Notes under the pieces: generated by a model
Database searches by the model: none
What the model saw: only the letters and a program-made list of their open reading frames with translations
Told to the model about the DNA's origin: nothing
Position numbers and translations under genes: made by a program
Source of the DNA: Eledone cirrhosa
Taxonomy: Eukaryota
Reading direction: 5' to 3'
Assembly: GCA_964016885.1 (NCBI GenBank)
Contig: OZ024758.1
Location: 22,568,001 to 22,632,000, forward strand
DNA length: 64,000 nt
Shown: positions 14,427 to 28,579 of the stretch, one piece after another
Numbering within the stretch: position 1 is the stretch's first letter
Layout of the letters: every line of letters begins with the position of its first letter

Positions 14427-14635
14427 CGTGTGGCTGAATGGTTAGAGAATTGGATTCACTATCTTGAGGTTGTGAGTTCGATTCCTGGACCGGGCGGTGC
14501 GTTATGTCCTTGAGCAAGACACTTTATTTCACGTTGCTCCTTCTACCTGGAGTTGCGACCGATAGATAGTACTAGCAACTGGAAAGACCAACGGAAACAT
14601 TGTTTCCTCGGTCCGATTTGACGAAAGTCGATCGA
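14423..14635 (+). mobile_element. Second tRNA-derived SINE family (CORE/V-like GTCCTTGAGCAAGACACTT); other copies 14203-14290 (-), 17560-17775 (-), 62630-62865 (-)
   Basis: A-box TGGCTGAATGG, B-box GAGTTCGATTCC and the shared core. Confidence 0.8.
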
Positions 14636-14688
14636 TCCTTCATATATATAATAGGACATTGGAGGGTTGTATCCGTAGTAGTAGTTAA

Positions 14689-14731
14689 ACTGAGCTGATG
14701 ATCCGAATAAGGTGAAACAATTGTTCTCGGT
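14689..14731 (+). ncRNA. Minimal type I hammerhead ribozyme
   Basis: acugag-CUGAUGA-ucc(gaauaa)ggu-GAAAC-aauu-GUU-cucggu; palindrome AACAAUUGUU. Confidence 0.78.
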
Positions 14732-14921
14732 AATGGTGAACTAACTGTTGTATAACTACTTCTATATATATATATATATATATATATAGATAATTTAATA
14801 TATCTACTAACATAAGCGCACAGATGTACGCCAATGCCAGCAAATACACAGGTTATGTCATAGTACCTAGGTGGTTCGATGCAGGAGAATGCAGAACAAT
14901 AATATAAAAGACGTAAAATAA

Positions 14922-14959
<38 letters not shown>

Positions 14960-15194
14960 AAAATGGAACGTGGACAAAACAGAGAGGCAGTACGAATAAA
15001 GGTTTATTAGTTTCACGCTCTTGAGAGTGGGGGTGGGGACGTTTCGGGCATAAGCCCTTCTTCAGGCGAAAAGTGGGTGGGAAGAGAGTTCCGAGGGTGT
15101 GTAGGGGAGTGGGAGATCATATATTGAGTTATAAACTCGAAATTGTCTTTTACAATTAAATACCTCAAAGAAGGGAATATTTCTGAGCCGTGTA

Positions 15195-15505
15195 ATACAA
15201 ATGAATATATGAGAGGGATGAACACCTATACAAGTATACATGTGTTCGAATTGCAAATGACCAAGTTAGCTAGGTTGAAAAATACTAATTTAACATAATA
15301 TGGTTTGCCTGTCTCGATTTAAAATAATAAATCAATAAAAATAACAAACCTATATTGGCAATGGCCGTGATTTATTATTTTAAATCGAGACAGGCAAACC
15401 ATATTATGTTAAATTAGTATTTTTCAACCTAGCTAACTTGGTCATTTGCAATTCGAACAGATGTGTACTTGTATCGATGTTCATCCCTCATATATTCATT
15501 TGTAT
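15195..15505. repeat. About 135-bp inverted repeat within a TA-bounded island
   Basis: Arms about 15195-15335 and 15368-15505. Confidence 0.8.
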
Positions 15506-15781
15506 ATCTCTCGTTCACGATTTCACCGAACTTAAATTCATAGAAATCTGGGACTTGTCTCTTTCTTCCTCACTTTCTGTTGCTTCACCATTTTGTTTGT
15601 TTGCCCTCGCGTCCCCTTTATTTACGTGTCCCAACGACTTTTTTTAGCCGTTGCTCGCACCAACCGGAGGTATATGGTCTTTAAAGCCATGAAATGCCTA
15701 TGATGGTTGGAAGATCACTGATGAAGGACAAACTTTTTTCATATGTAACCCATTTGCAACTCCGCAGCGCCCTTATTATCA

Positions 15782-15850
<69 letters not shown>

Positions 15851-16230
15851 TGGTCCACAATTAAATTCTCCCAGGAAACATTGTAAAGTGGTCTTTAGAT
15901 GAGTGATGCAAGTCGTAGTCACCTGATCAATCTAGCCTCGGAACGTGACAACCCGTCTAAGCCATGTTTATGCTTATGGATATATATATATTTATATATA
16001 TATAACCATATATATGTATACATATATATACACACACACATATATATATATACATATATAAACTTATATGTGTATACATATATATATACATATATATATA
16101 TATACATATATATAAACCTATATGTGTATACATATATATACATATATATACATATATATATATAAACCTATATGTGTATACATATATATACATATATATA
16201 TAAACCTATATGTGTATACATAAATATACA

Positions 16231-16264
<34 letters not shown>

Positions 16265-16663
16265 AACCTACATATATATATACATATATACATATATATA
16301 TATACATATATACATATATATATATATATAAACCTATATGTGTATACATATATATATATACATATATACATATATATATATATATAAACCTATATGTGTA
16401 TACATATATATATACATATATATTTATATACATATATATATATATATACACACATATACATACATAATGCACCTATAAGCAATTTGGCCGATTACTGATT
16501 AATCGGCCTTGACTTATGTATTGTGATATACCTCTTATAATTATAATTATTTACTTGTAATATATTATAATATTTCATTATTAATCCTAATTATGGAGTT
16601 ACTGTTTAAGAAGTCAAGATGATAAAATTAGCTCTAATTTATCGTAGCTTCTACTTTATATAG

Positions 16664-17365
16664 AGGCAGCGAACTGGCAGAGTCGTTAAGACGTCGAATA
16701 GAATGCTTTACGGCAGGCATATCAAACATGCGGCTCGCGGGACCCAATGCGACCCTTTACAAGCACACCTGCGGCTCGCGGGACCCAATGCGACCCTTTA
16801 CAAGCACACCTGCGGCTCGCGGGACCCAATGCGACCCTTTACAAGCACACCTGCGGCCCGCGGACCCAATGCGACCCTTTACAAGCACACCTGCGGCCCG
16901 CGGACCCAATGCGACCCTTTACAAGCACACCTGCGGCTCGCGGGACCCAATGCAACCCTTTACAAGCACACCTGCGGCCCGCGGACCCAATGCGACCCTT
17001 TACAAGCACACCTGCGGCCCGCGGACCCAATGTGACCCTTTACAAGCACACCTGCGGCCCGCGGACCCAATGTGACCCTTTACAAGCACACCTGCGGCTT
17101 GCACAAAGGTTTTTACTGCGCGAACGTAATATAAAATATAAAAAAAAATATTAGTTGTAATGTGCGCAATTAGTTGTCATGTGTGGCCCTCAGACAACAA
17201 ATATGTGATCCATGTGGGCCTCGGTGGACCCTCAGTTTGACATGCCTGCTTTACGGTATCCGTCCCACCTCATTTCATGTTCTGAGTTCAAATCCCGCCG
17301 GGGTCAACTTTGCCTTTCGTCCTTTCGATGTCGATAAAAAAAAGTACCAGTCCTTTACTGGGGTT
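16664..17365 (+). mobile_element. tRNA-derived SINE split by a hAT MITE
   Basis: Head GGCAGCGAACTGGCAGAGTCGTTA at 16664; B-box and core resume after 17256. Confidence 0.8.
16714..17248. mobile_element. hAT (Charlie-like) MITE with an internal 40-41 bp tandem array (about 9 units, 16729-17095)
   Basis: TIR CAGGCATATCAAAC / GTTTGACATGCCTG; 8-bp TSD CTTTACGG at 16706-16713 and 17249-17256. Confidence 0.9.
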
Positions 17366-18439
17366 TATTCTTCCTCTATAGAAAAAAATCGGCTGTGTTC
17401 AGACCTGGAGAGGGTTGGGCTCCGCCAGGTTTAAAAGTGCCCTAGACACACCGTATGACGGTGCCTCTACGACTCCACAAGGAGTTGTTGCGCTCTTTCC
17501 TATCCTTTCCTACTTTATATTGCCATTGAACTGTATCAATTAACAACATAGTATCATCAGTCGATCGACTTTCGTCAAATCGGACCGAGGAAACAATGTT
17601 TCTACGGGTCTTTCCAATTGCTAATACTCTCTATAGGTCGCAACTCCAGGTAGAAGGAGCAACATGAAATAAAGTGTCTTGGTCAAGGAGATAACGCATC
17701 ACCCGGTCCGGGAATCGAACTCACAAACTCACGAGTGTGAATCCAATTCTCTTACCACTCAACCACACGCCTTCACCAATACATAGTATATGTTATATTA
17801 TTTATTTATTTATTTATCGAGGTTAACTTTGCCTTTCATCCTTACGGGGTCGATAAAATAAAGTACCAGTAATACACTGAGATAATTGCTGGCCTTGTGC
17901 CTAAAGTAGAAACAATTATTTATTTATTTATTACGATAACTAAATATAACGATGTTTATTTTCAATATAGAAATAATAATTTTAAAAAAAAGGGCGGAAG
18001 ACAAAAGGAAAGAGAAAATAGGGAAATGTAGAAAAAAAAAGAGAGAAAGAAAGAGGAAAAGGAACGGGAAGGGGAGGGGATGGCAAGAGCTCTGGTGTCG
18101 CAGAAGAGAGGTGACGGGTGAAGGGGAGGGTGATTGGGGTTTGGGCCTAGGGCAAAAAGGCACAACTCTGCTACAACACCTTCTATATATTGTACCTTAC
18201 CTACACATAGGTTTCCGTTTTCTTTAATGATTTCGTGATCGTAAGACCAGCCTCTATCGTATGAGTGTAATGTAATCGGAATCTTTATAATTTTAAACTT
18301 TCTTTTTAAACGGATCAATTAAAACTAAGATCGATACAACGTAGGGTTTTGTATGTAAATAAACGGTTATGACAAAACCTAAAAAAAAAAAAATAATAAT
18401 AACTAAATATTTAAACTACAGATCGGAAAGAGGCGTATG

Positions 18440-18650
18440 GTTTCTGATTTAGGTCCAAAGCCAACAATTATTGGGGAGGGGAAAGCCTATTAAATCGATC
18501 CCAGTGCATTACTGGTACTTTATTGTATCGAGCCCGTAAGGATGAAAGGCAGAGCTAACGACGGCAGGATTTGAACTCAGATCGTAAAGAGGCGTAAATA
18601 TGCCATAGAGCATGTTTCCGACACTCTACCAATTCTGCCAATCCACCGCC
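18440..18650 (-). mobile_element. tRNA-derived SINE (further copies 17817-17916, 19110-19260, 38130-38310, 59840-59935, 61062-61245, 61548-61730)
   Basis: Same head and core. Confidence 0.85.
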
Positions 18651-19624
18651 CTACTAAATATTGTTCATGAAACTAACCAGGCTATAAAAATGAATATGGG
18701 GCCAGATAAGTGTGGTAAAGCTTCCATAAAAAGAGACAAAATAAATTAAAACTGAGAACATTAGATTACATCTAAACAGTGTAACTAGAGATTAAAAAGA
18801 ATCGTCTATATAGATACTTGTATGTATGTATGTATGTATGTATGTATGTATGTATGTATGTATGTATGTATGTATGTATGTATGTATGTATGTGTGTGTG
18901 TATGTATGTATGTATATGTGTATGTATGTATCCCCTTGCGACTCCTGGTGGAGTCGTAAGGGGCCCCATATTGACCAACAGCGTTTCTATAACATTTTTA
19001 AACATGGCGGAGCTCATTTCCTCTCCAGGTCTGAATACAGCAGATTTCTTCCTGAGCAAGAGAGAGAGAGAGAGAGAAAATGGAAGTGAGAAAGAGATAT
19101 AGAGGAAAAATCGACCCCAGTACTTGACTGGTACTTTTTTTATTGACCTTAAAAGGATGAAAGGTAAAGTTGATCTCGGCGGGATTTGAACTCAGAGAGA
19201 AGAGAACTGAAATGAATACCACAAAGCTTTCTATCCGACGTTCTAACGACATATTCACCACCTTAAAGCTCCCATGAACAGAGAAATCAATTAAAACTGA
19301 GAACATTAGATTAGATCTATACAGTGTAACCAGAGATTAGAAGAGAATCGCTTATAGAAATACTTAGGAGTAGATAAACTGATAAGATTCAACGCAGGAA
19401 TGAAATATAAAGGAGGCAGTGTTGTGTTAAAAATTGAACTCAATACTAGAAAAACAAACAAACATGATGGGTATAAATAAGCTATATATCCCAGTTATAA
19501 ATGGCTGCCTCGACATAATATATCAGAACTTACAGGACCTACAGGAAGGAGGGATTAAGGACTTTAACCCCCCCCCCCCACGACCCTCTCAGGAGTAAGT
19601 GGGTGAAGAAGAAGAAGAATATGT

Positions 19625-19639
19625 GTGTATATATACATA

Positions 19640-19694
<55 letters not shown>

Positions 19695-19695
19695 T

Positions 19696-19769
<74 letters not shown>

Positions 19770-19813
19770 ATATATATATATATATAATATATATATATAT
19801 ATATAATATATAT

Positions 19814-19845
<32 letters not shown>

Positions 19846-19873
19846 ATATATATATATATATATAATATATTAT

Positions 19874-19916
<43 letters not shown>

Positions 19917-19936
19917 TATATATATATAATATATAT

Positions 19937-19970
<34 letters not shown>

Positions 19971-19976
19971 ATATAT

Positions 19977-20010
<34 letters not shown>

Positions 20011-20016
20011 ATATAT

Positions 20017-20080
<64 letters not shown>

Positions 20081-20117
20081 TATATATATAATATATATAT
20101 ATATATATAATATATAT

Positions 20118-20149
<32 letters not shown>

Positions 20150-20174
20150 ATATATATATATATATAATATATAT

Positions 20175-20247
<73 letters not shown>
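19625..20247. repeat. (TA)n array punctuated by AA
   Basis: Direct inspection. Confidence 0.95.
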
Positions 20248-20629
20248 GGTGGCTGCCAACTCGTTTTCGAGTACGGCCACTACTTTATATCCATGTAGGT
20301 AGGAGAACCCCTACCGATGCGCTGAACGAGTGTGAATTTTTAGTCCAGCCAGCGACTTGAAAACTCTGGTACAAACACTACACTTGTGACAATTATTGAC
20401 ACATAGTGCTGGGGCCATGGTACCTTGTGACGACAAGTGCAGAGAGATCTCCAGATATAAAGCAATGCCTGTGCCGTGAAGTTTTTATAGTGAGCAAAGG
20501 CACTGCACAAAGCCAGTCCCACTCTCTTAACCAGGATGATATTTACCAAAAAGAAGAACAAGTCAACATCTCTTAACCAGGATGATATTTACCAAAAAGA
20601 AGAACAAGTCAACATCATTGGATACCATC

Positions 20630-20905
20630 AGGATTGCAGGTGTTATATCAGAGTTTTCCTTCTCCTAGAATTCTGCCTTGACAAAGGCTAAGGGGTCATC
20701 CCTCCCGGTGATTTTGGATGGCCATTGACTCTTAAGAGCTCCTTTGCCCTTTGACAGGTTTTGTTTTTATTCCTGCAGGATGTCCAAAGTCACCCTCCTC
20801 ACCAAGAAACCTTGGTGGGGTTGCCAGTTTAGTCGCCAACGACCCGACCATGAGTCAGGTTGTACTGGGATACATGTTACCAGTAGCACCAACTGGTGAC
20901 CTGAC
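20630..20905. mobile_element. Dispersed repeat, probably LINE (RTE-like) UTR; related copy 32660-32830
   Basis: Shared CACCCTCCTCA...GTTTAGTCGCCAACGA...CAGGTTGTACTGGG.TACATG.TACC.GTAGCAC. Confidence 0.5.
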
Positions 20906-20930
20906 ATACATATATATATATATACGTATA

Positions 20931-20966
<36 letters not shown>

Positions 20967-20968
20967 CG

Positions 20969-21005
<37 letters not shown>

Positions 21006-21061
21006 GTATATATATACATATATATATATATATATACGTATATATATACATATATATATAC

Positions 21062-21118
<57 letters not shown>

Positions 21119-21577
21119 CGTATATATATATACATATATATATACATATACGTATATATATACATATATACGTATATATATACATATATATATACATATA
21201 TATATATATATACGTATATATATATATACGTATATATATATATACGTATATATATACATATATATATACATATATATATACACATATATATATATATACA
21301 TATATATATATACATATATATATACATATATATATATATATGTATACATACATGTATACATACATATATACACATACATATATACATATATACACATACA
21401 TATATATACATATATATACGTACATATATACATACATATATTTGGATGCGTCCACACGTATAGGAAAAAAAACAGGGGAGAGGGGAGAGATGGAGAAGTA
21501 GAGAGGTGTGTGTCTGTATCTCATCAGCCCTGACCAGAAAAGCAGCTACACATTTGTCACTATCTTTCTATATTACT

Positions 21578-21890
21578 TGTGGCGAGAATGGCCCGTGTGA
21601 ATGGGCCTTCACTCTACATCAGACTGTAGGTGAGAAAGATCAAAGATCAGGAGCACCCTCTCTCTGTGTTCCTGAGGAGAAGGGTTGCACACTTTTTTCG
21701 GGTTGTGTGCGACCCCGCAAGGCGCCTCCTCCCTATTGAGGATTTTGTTATTCAATTTATTTTTGTTATATTTTATATTTTTATATTTTGTTATTGCCTC
21801 CTCTTTATTGAGGACGCCATTTTATGTAAACTCCCTGCATTGTACTTGTCCCACTCTTTAATGCCCTGGTGGCAAATAAAAAGAAAGTTA
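21578..21890 (+). mobile_element. 3' end of the same LINE family as 4830-5379
   Basis: GTGGCGAGAATGGCCCGTGTGAATGGGCC...GTGGCAAATAAAA homology. Confidence 0.75.
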
Positions 21891-22470
21891 TCTGTCTATA
21901 TTACTTACCTTACATGAGACATTATAAAACGTTCATCGTTTTTTTTTTTTATTCTTCTGCTATCTATTGAAATAATACCTTATATCATTGGGGCTCTTTT
22001 AGGGATCACCTCGTCACTTGATCATTTGTTATCATTGATTGAATGGGATCTCTTCCAGTGATACCTGAGTCAGACAGCTTTCGTAATCTCACAGATAATA
22101 TCTATTATTTTCGTCTTTGTAATTCCACTAACTAATTTAAGATACGTCTTATCTCTGACTTCTCTTCCTTATGGAATAGCAATAGCAATCACTTCCCTCA
22201 CCTCCTTTCCACTCTTGCCTTATATTTCTATCATAAGGTTTTGTTTGTTTTTTTTTTGTTTTGTTTTCTTCTTGTTTATTCCTTCTTCTCTCGCTTTCTT
22301 GTTCTCTATATATCTCAGTCACTCGTACTTTTCTCTTTGTTCTCTCTGTCTCTCCTCCGTCTGTATTCCTCTCTTGTTCTCTCTCTTTCTCTCTCCTCTG
22401 AATCTCTCTCTCGCTCTTCAACTCTCTCTCCCTCTTTCATCTCTCTCTCTCGTCCATCTCTTTCTTTCTT

Positions 22471-22506
<36 letters not shown>

Positions 22507-22547
22507 CTTTCTCTCTCGCCTCCGTCTCTCTTCCTCTCTCTTCTGTA

Positions 22548-22588
<41 letters not shown>

Positions 22589-22799
22589 TAATACACATCA
22601 CACCTAGCTCAACAATGCAGTAATACAGAAGGAACGTCTACGTGGTCACTCAATGCCAAATCTCTCTCTAATTAAACTCTACTGTCTTTACAACGAATGA
22701 CAGTCTATAATATTGTACATTACGTTTGAATTAAAGATGGAATGATCACAGTTGGAACACATTTGACCATAAGTCTGCTAAGTGAGTACAAGTCTGAGA

Positions 22800-22915
22800 C
22801 TAAACAACACCTACAAGGAGTTCAGGCCTGGGCCTAAACAACACCTACAAGGAGTTCAGGCCTGGGCCTAAACAACACCTACAAGGAGTTCAGGCCTGGG
22901 ACTAAACAACATCTA
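22800..22915. repeat. 34-bp tandem repeat, about 3.4 units
   Basis: CTAAACAACACCTACAAGGAGTTCAGGCCTGGGC. Confidence 0.9.
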
Positions 22916-22990
22916 CAAAATGTATGCACACTTCATCAGCATTCTAATCAAAGTGTGTATACATTTTTTGGGACACACACACAAACACCC

Positions 22991-23038
<48 letters not shown>

Positions 23039-23107
23039 TATATATGGTTTATATATATATATATATATTTATTTATACATATATAAATATGCTTTATATA
23101 TACATAC

Positions 23108-23139
<32 letters not shown>

Positions 23140-23156
23140 GCTTTATATATACATAC

Positions 23157-23190
<34 letters not shown>

Positions 23191-23199
23191 GCTTTATAT

Positions 23200-23231
<32 letters not shown>

Positions 23232-23352
23232 GCTTTATATATACATACATACATATATATATACATATATTTATATGCTTTATATATATATAAGGGTGGT
23301 GCCCCAGCATGGCCTCAGCCGAATGGCTGGAACAGGTAAAAGAGTAAAAGAG

Positions 23353-23436
<84 letters not shown>

Positions 23437-23489
23437 ACAATTAAATCTCTTCCAAGCTAACTCTATCTCGTGTTATTTTTATTTTTACG

Positions 23490-23672
23490 GGGCGGTGAAT
23501 TGGCAGTATCGGTAGAGGGTCGAACATGCTTTCCAGCATAGTTACGTCCCCTTACGATCTGAGTTCAAATCCGGCCGAGGTTAACTTTGCCTTTCATCCT
23601 TACGGGGTCGATAAAATAAAGTACCAGTAATGTACTGGTTAATTGCTGGCCTTGTGCCAAAAGTAGAAGCAA
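23490..23672 (+). mobile_element. Full-length tRNA SINE with 17-bp TSD, inserted into a family J element
   Basis: TTATTTTTATTTTTACG at 23473-23489 and 23673-23689; flanks match uninterrupted 53100-53285 (reverse). Confidence 0.85.
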
Positions 23673-23857
23673 TTATTTTTATTTTTACGCTCTTTCCTAC
23701 GTTCCTCTACACACTATACATCTCATTCTACATTTCCCCTTACATCTCTCTTCACCACCGGATTCTGTTACCCGGAGATTTACTCATCTGCATTGTTGAG
23801 GCTTCCAAAATGACATTTTTTTAATTATTCCACAATGCTTCAAGCAAACTTCAATAC

Positions 23858-23892
<35 letters not shown>

Positions 23893-24859
23893 ATATATAT
23901 ACATATATACTTTATATATATATATACATATATACTTTATATATATATATATATACATACTTTATATATATATATATATACATACTTTATATATATATAT
24001 ATACTTTATATATACATATATACTTTATATATACATATATACTTTATATATACATATATACTTTATATATACATATATACTTTATATATATATATACATA
24101 TATACTTTATATATATATATATATACTTTATATATATATATATATATACTTTATATATATATATATATATATACTTTATATATATATATATATATCTTTA
24201 TATATATATATATATATGAAACAACCAACCAACAAGGCACTTTACATAAACACCACCAGCCTTACCAATCCATTCATATATTCCAGTCAAGACAAACATA
24301 CGTAGAAAGGTTGTGTATGAGCTGTTCTTTTCTCTTCAGAATAACAAAATTAAATAATGTTTACACACACACACACACAGATATTTACACATATGCACGC
24401 ACACATATATGCAAGTACACACATTGTTATGCGTTAAGGATTCCCCACAGATTACAATCTTATCTCTCCTTAGCTATGGGAATACTAATTCATTTCAGCA
24501 TATGAGCTGCTAAGATGTCAAGAGAAGGATTCCAGATGTTGAAATATACTCTGAAGAACCACCGAGTAATTTTCACAGAATTTCACAAGTGATAAATATT
24601 TAAATACATTAATATTGATTTCTTAGATAGATACCGAACTAATTTTTCAAGAATTGAGAGAAGTGGGTAAAATTATAATTGATTAAACCATCCTCATCGT
24701 GTAATTAGCTTTTAATTTATGGAGATTTGAAAGGTCAAATCAACAAAGGCGTGATTTGATCTCTGAAGCAAAAAAAAAAAAAAAAAAAAAAAAAATGGAA
24801 CTGAATACTGTAGGGTATTTCGTTCCGCTTTCTGTTATTTTTGCCACCTCTCTGCTCTA

Positions 24860-25049
24860 ATGAAAGTTTAAACTGAGCCTCCCCTTGTTCGCCCTACAAA
24901 GATGTCCCCAATACATATGTGAAAGCTAGATTTCAAAACAGCGCTGCTCTAATGAACGTTGAGAGAAAGCTTGTCCTTGTTCACCCTACAAATATGTCCC
25001 TAATGCATATGTGAAAATTAGATTTCAAGACCTCACTGCTCTGATGGGC

Positions 25050-25097
<48 letters not shown>

Positions 25098-25281
25098 CTC
25101 TTTGTTCGCTCTACAAATACTATACAAATACGTATGTGCAAGTTAGATTTCAAAACCTCGCTGTTCTGATGGACGTTGAGAGAGAGAGAGAGAGAGAGAG
25201 AGCTCTCTTTGTTCGCTCTACAAATACTATACAAGTACGTATGTGCAAGTTAGATTTCAAAACCTCGCTGGTATAATGGAC

Positions 25282-25347
<66 letters not shown>

Positions 25348-25424
25348 CTCTTTGTTCGCTCTACAAATACTATACAAGTACGTATGTGCAAGTTAGATTT
25401 CAAAACCTCGCTGGTATAATGGAC

Positions 25425-25508
<84 letters not shown>

Positions 25509-25600
25509 CTCTTTGTTCGCTCTACAAATACTATACAAGTACGTATGTGCAAGTTAGATTTCAAAACCTCGCTGGTATAATGGACGTTGAGAGAGAGTGA
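24860..25600. repeat. Tandem repeat of an approximately 80-bp unit separated by variable (GA)n
   Basis: CTCTCTTTGTTCGCTCTACAAATACTATACAAGTACGTATGTGCAAGTTAGATTTCAAAACCTCGCTG units. Confidence 0.9.
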
Positions 25601-27518
25601 CACCGCAACTCATTTTTCTCCAGCTGGGTGAACTAATAAAGTGTCTGACGTTTGGAAGTGTGGGTGTACGTAATTACGAAGGCTGCAGCTAAGAGTTCTT
25701 TAAAGCATTGCTAACTTTTGCAAGTTGCTAGCTACACTTTCTCGAGAAGCCATAAGCTGTTTTTCACTGATAAAAACAGGCCAAGACGAGTGTGAGTTGT
25801 GGTTACATGGTATGGCTTCTTTTCGTCTTTTGTTTTTCTAACTCCTTGGTTTTAACGAGAGCTTATACTACAGAATAATAGTTTAACTATGCAAAGCAAA
25901 GGTCATTTATCTCCATGAGGTATTAGGATAAAGGATAAAGATCCCATAACTACTTGTGGATTCGTAGAGGCACCGTCATATGGTGTGTCTAGGGCACTTT
26001 TAAACCTGGTGGAGCCCAACCCTCTCCAGGTCTGAACACAGCCGATTCCTTCTATAGAAGAAGAATCGACCCCAGTACTGGACTGGGTACTATATACATA
26101 CCCCAACACTTAAAAAAGACAAATCAAAATAATAGGGAGGGGAAGGTCGAATTAGTTGTTATATGTTACCTAAAAGTTTAGTGTGTCATTGTATCGAATT
26201 AAAAATCTGTTGGGGATGATTTTATCTTCACCCCCGCCCCCGAATCGATAAAATATCGATAAAATAATTACCGATATCAATTCAGTCGCCTGTTTCTCTT
26301 ACCTATGAACCTTTGTAGTTTTAGTTCTGCTGTTTTTCATCCAAACTTTCCCAGCAGTTTTCTATATAAGTATTTCTGATCTTCTGTTTGTTGAAAAATG
26401 TAATTTTCAAGAACAAATGTCGCAAGCATGTAGTAGTAAAAGTTTGATGCATTTTCCAGCGTTATATTTTCCCGGATTTTTGTTTGGCCTAAATTATTGT
26501 TTGATATGAACCATGAGAAAGGAAAATTGTATCTCTCATGTTGTCAACTTAACCGGGAGGTCCTTGCTATAAGGTTTCTTTGTCCCTTTTTCATGTTTCC
26601 AACTTTTCCAGTTATGGTTATGCTAGAATACAACTGAAGTAGTTTTAGGTCTCATAGATAAAGAGATCTTTGTCTACAATAGCTTAAATTTTAAACCCTT
26701 ATTCTTGTCTCAGCAGAAGGCCTCAAATTTCACACTTGAAATAACAAACATGATTACAATTCCAAGCAAAGACTTCTAGTAATTTTCTATTTTAGTTATT
26801 ATATATTCTAACCCCAATAGTATTCTGTACAAGAAGGGGTCCATTTCACTACCCGTCTTGCGACAAAATTCAATGTCAGTTGACCAAAAGGTACAAATCT
26901 TGTCAACAGCGATACGCCATGTTCGTAACTAATACACTAAACTTCCAATGGTTCAGTCGACTTCGTTTTAAATGTGTGCTATAAGATAAGAAAGAATAGC
27001 TCATTGTTAAGAGAAATGGTAGAGGTTTTATATTTTGCTAACCTATAATGCTGAGTTCAAATCATTTGATGAGTGTCACATACAGAGTTGCTTGCATGAT
27101 ATTCACGACATTAATACGATATCTTTAAGTGGTGTCGAGCGAATTACCACACACACACAACTTAAAGAAACAATGCGAGTAATACTATCTTTATATAAAT
27201 GGTAATATACTTGATATCTAACTTTATTCATCTTCATGATGTTATAACAGATAAGTCATAGAAAATATGATGGCTGTGTAATTAATATATATATATATAT
27301 ATAAACGCCAATTCTAATATATTCATAGGCTGACGAAAATATTCTTATGGAATGACCAAATGAGGTTTATTTTTCAACATAGTTCCTGGAAAGAAACAAT
27401 GCAGTTATTAAAAAGAAGAGCTGAAATTAATGCATGTAAGATTTCACAGCTCTAACATTACTCTTTTACTGTCAACCTATGAAATGTTCTGCCCCCCCCC
27501 CCCCCCCCCTCACACCGC

Positions 27519-27569
<51 letters not shown>

Positions 27570-27727
27570 ATATTATATATATATATATATATATATGCAA
27601 AAGTTCTATTTAAATTGTTGGGATACAACAAGCAAATATTTTTATAACTGATATAAAGCACTCAACAAGTATTTGGAGTAAACATACGATATTAACAAAT
27701 GGAAACTACATTTATAAAACCATATTT

Positions 27728-27790
27728 ATTTCATTATACATATTTCAAGGACACCAAGTTAAATTATGGTGTGCTTTCATCAGACAAAAT
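27728..27790 (-). ncRNA. Type I hammerhead ribozyme, family C variant
   Basis: auuuugu-CUGAUGA-aag.acacca...uggugu.cuu-GAAAU-augu-AUA-augaaau. Confidence 0.8.
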
Positions 27791-28579
27791 ATAATATAGA
27801 TCAGTTTTATAAATAAATATTGACATACCCTTAAAAAATGCAACCATTACTGTTGGAACCTCCCGGGTAGTTATATATATATTATATATATATAGAGAGA
27901 GATGTAAATCCCGACCGCGGCGTGAAGCGGTTTCGGCTTGTGTGTTCAGCAAGCCTTTCCGAGAGCATTGAGTATTCCCAAGATTAGTGGTTTCCTGAGT
28001 CTCAGCACCATGGACTCTCTCTCTCTCTCTCTATTATATATATATATATATATATATAAAAGAAAATGAGGTGTTTTTAATTAAAAAAACGAGATGTCCT
28101 ACACGAGCGAAAGTATAAGGAAAAGAAATCGAAAATGCAACTGGAGTCTTTTTAAGAATATTTATTTGTTTCCTTTACCGGTTTCACAGTTCTTATGCAT
28201 ACACACATATGCGCGTGTGTGTATTTGTACCACATATGCGCGTGTGTGTATTTGTACGTGCGTGCGTGCGTGTGTCTGAATAATAATTTTATAGAATTTA
28301 AAAAGAGTTAGCTGTACAGAAAATCTTGAAATAACATTAGGAAATATTTCGAAAATGGACGACGTTTTTAAATATAACGTTAATCTTTATTACTGAAAAC
28401 ATAATCCAGATTTTCTTTTTACTCTTTTGTTATGTAGATTACATTAATACGATGTATTTTGTACCATCTTTCAAGTTGAAATTATAAGATAGGAAAAATA
28501 GTTCCTTTACTATAATTATTTACTTTTCCCTCTGTAAAAACATAATATAATATTTCATGAATACGTTTCAATGTTTATA

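Noticed and set aside
15710-15745. CUGAUGA as a hammerhead start
   Set aside because: No downstream GAAA, NUH or stem I partner found
16703-17154. Repetitive ORFs and a CRISPR-like look of the 40-41 bp array
   Set aside because: Units are contiguous with no unique spacers, lie inside a hAT MITE, and there is no cas gene in this eukaryotic context
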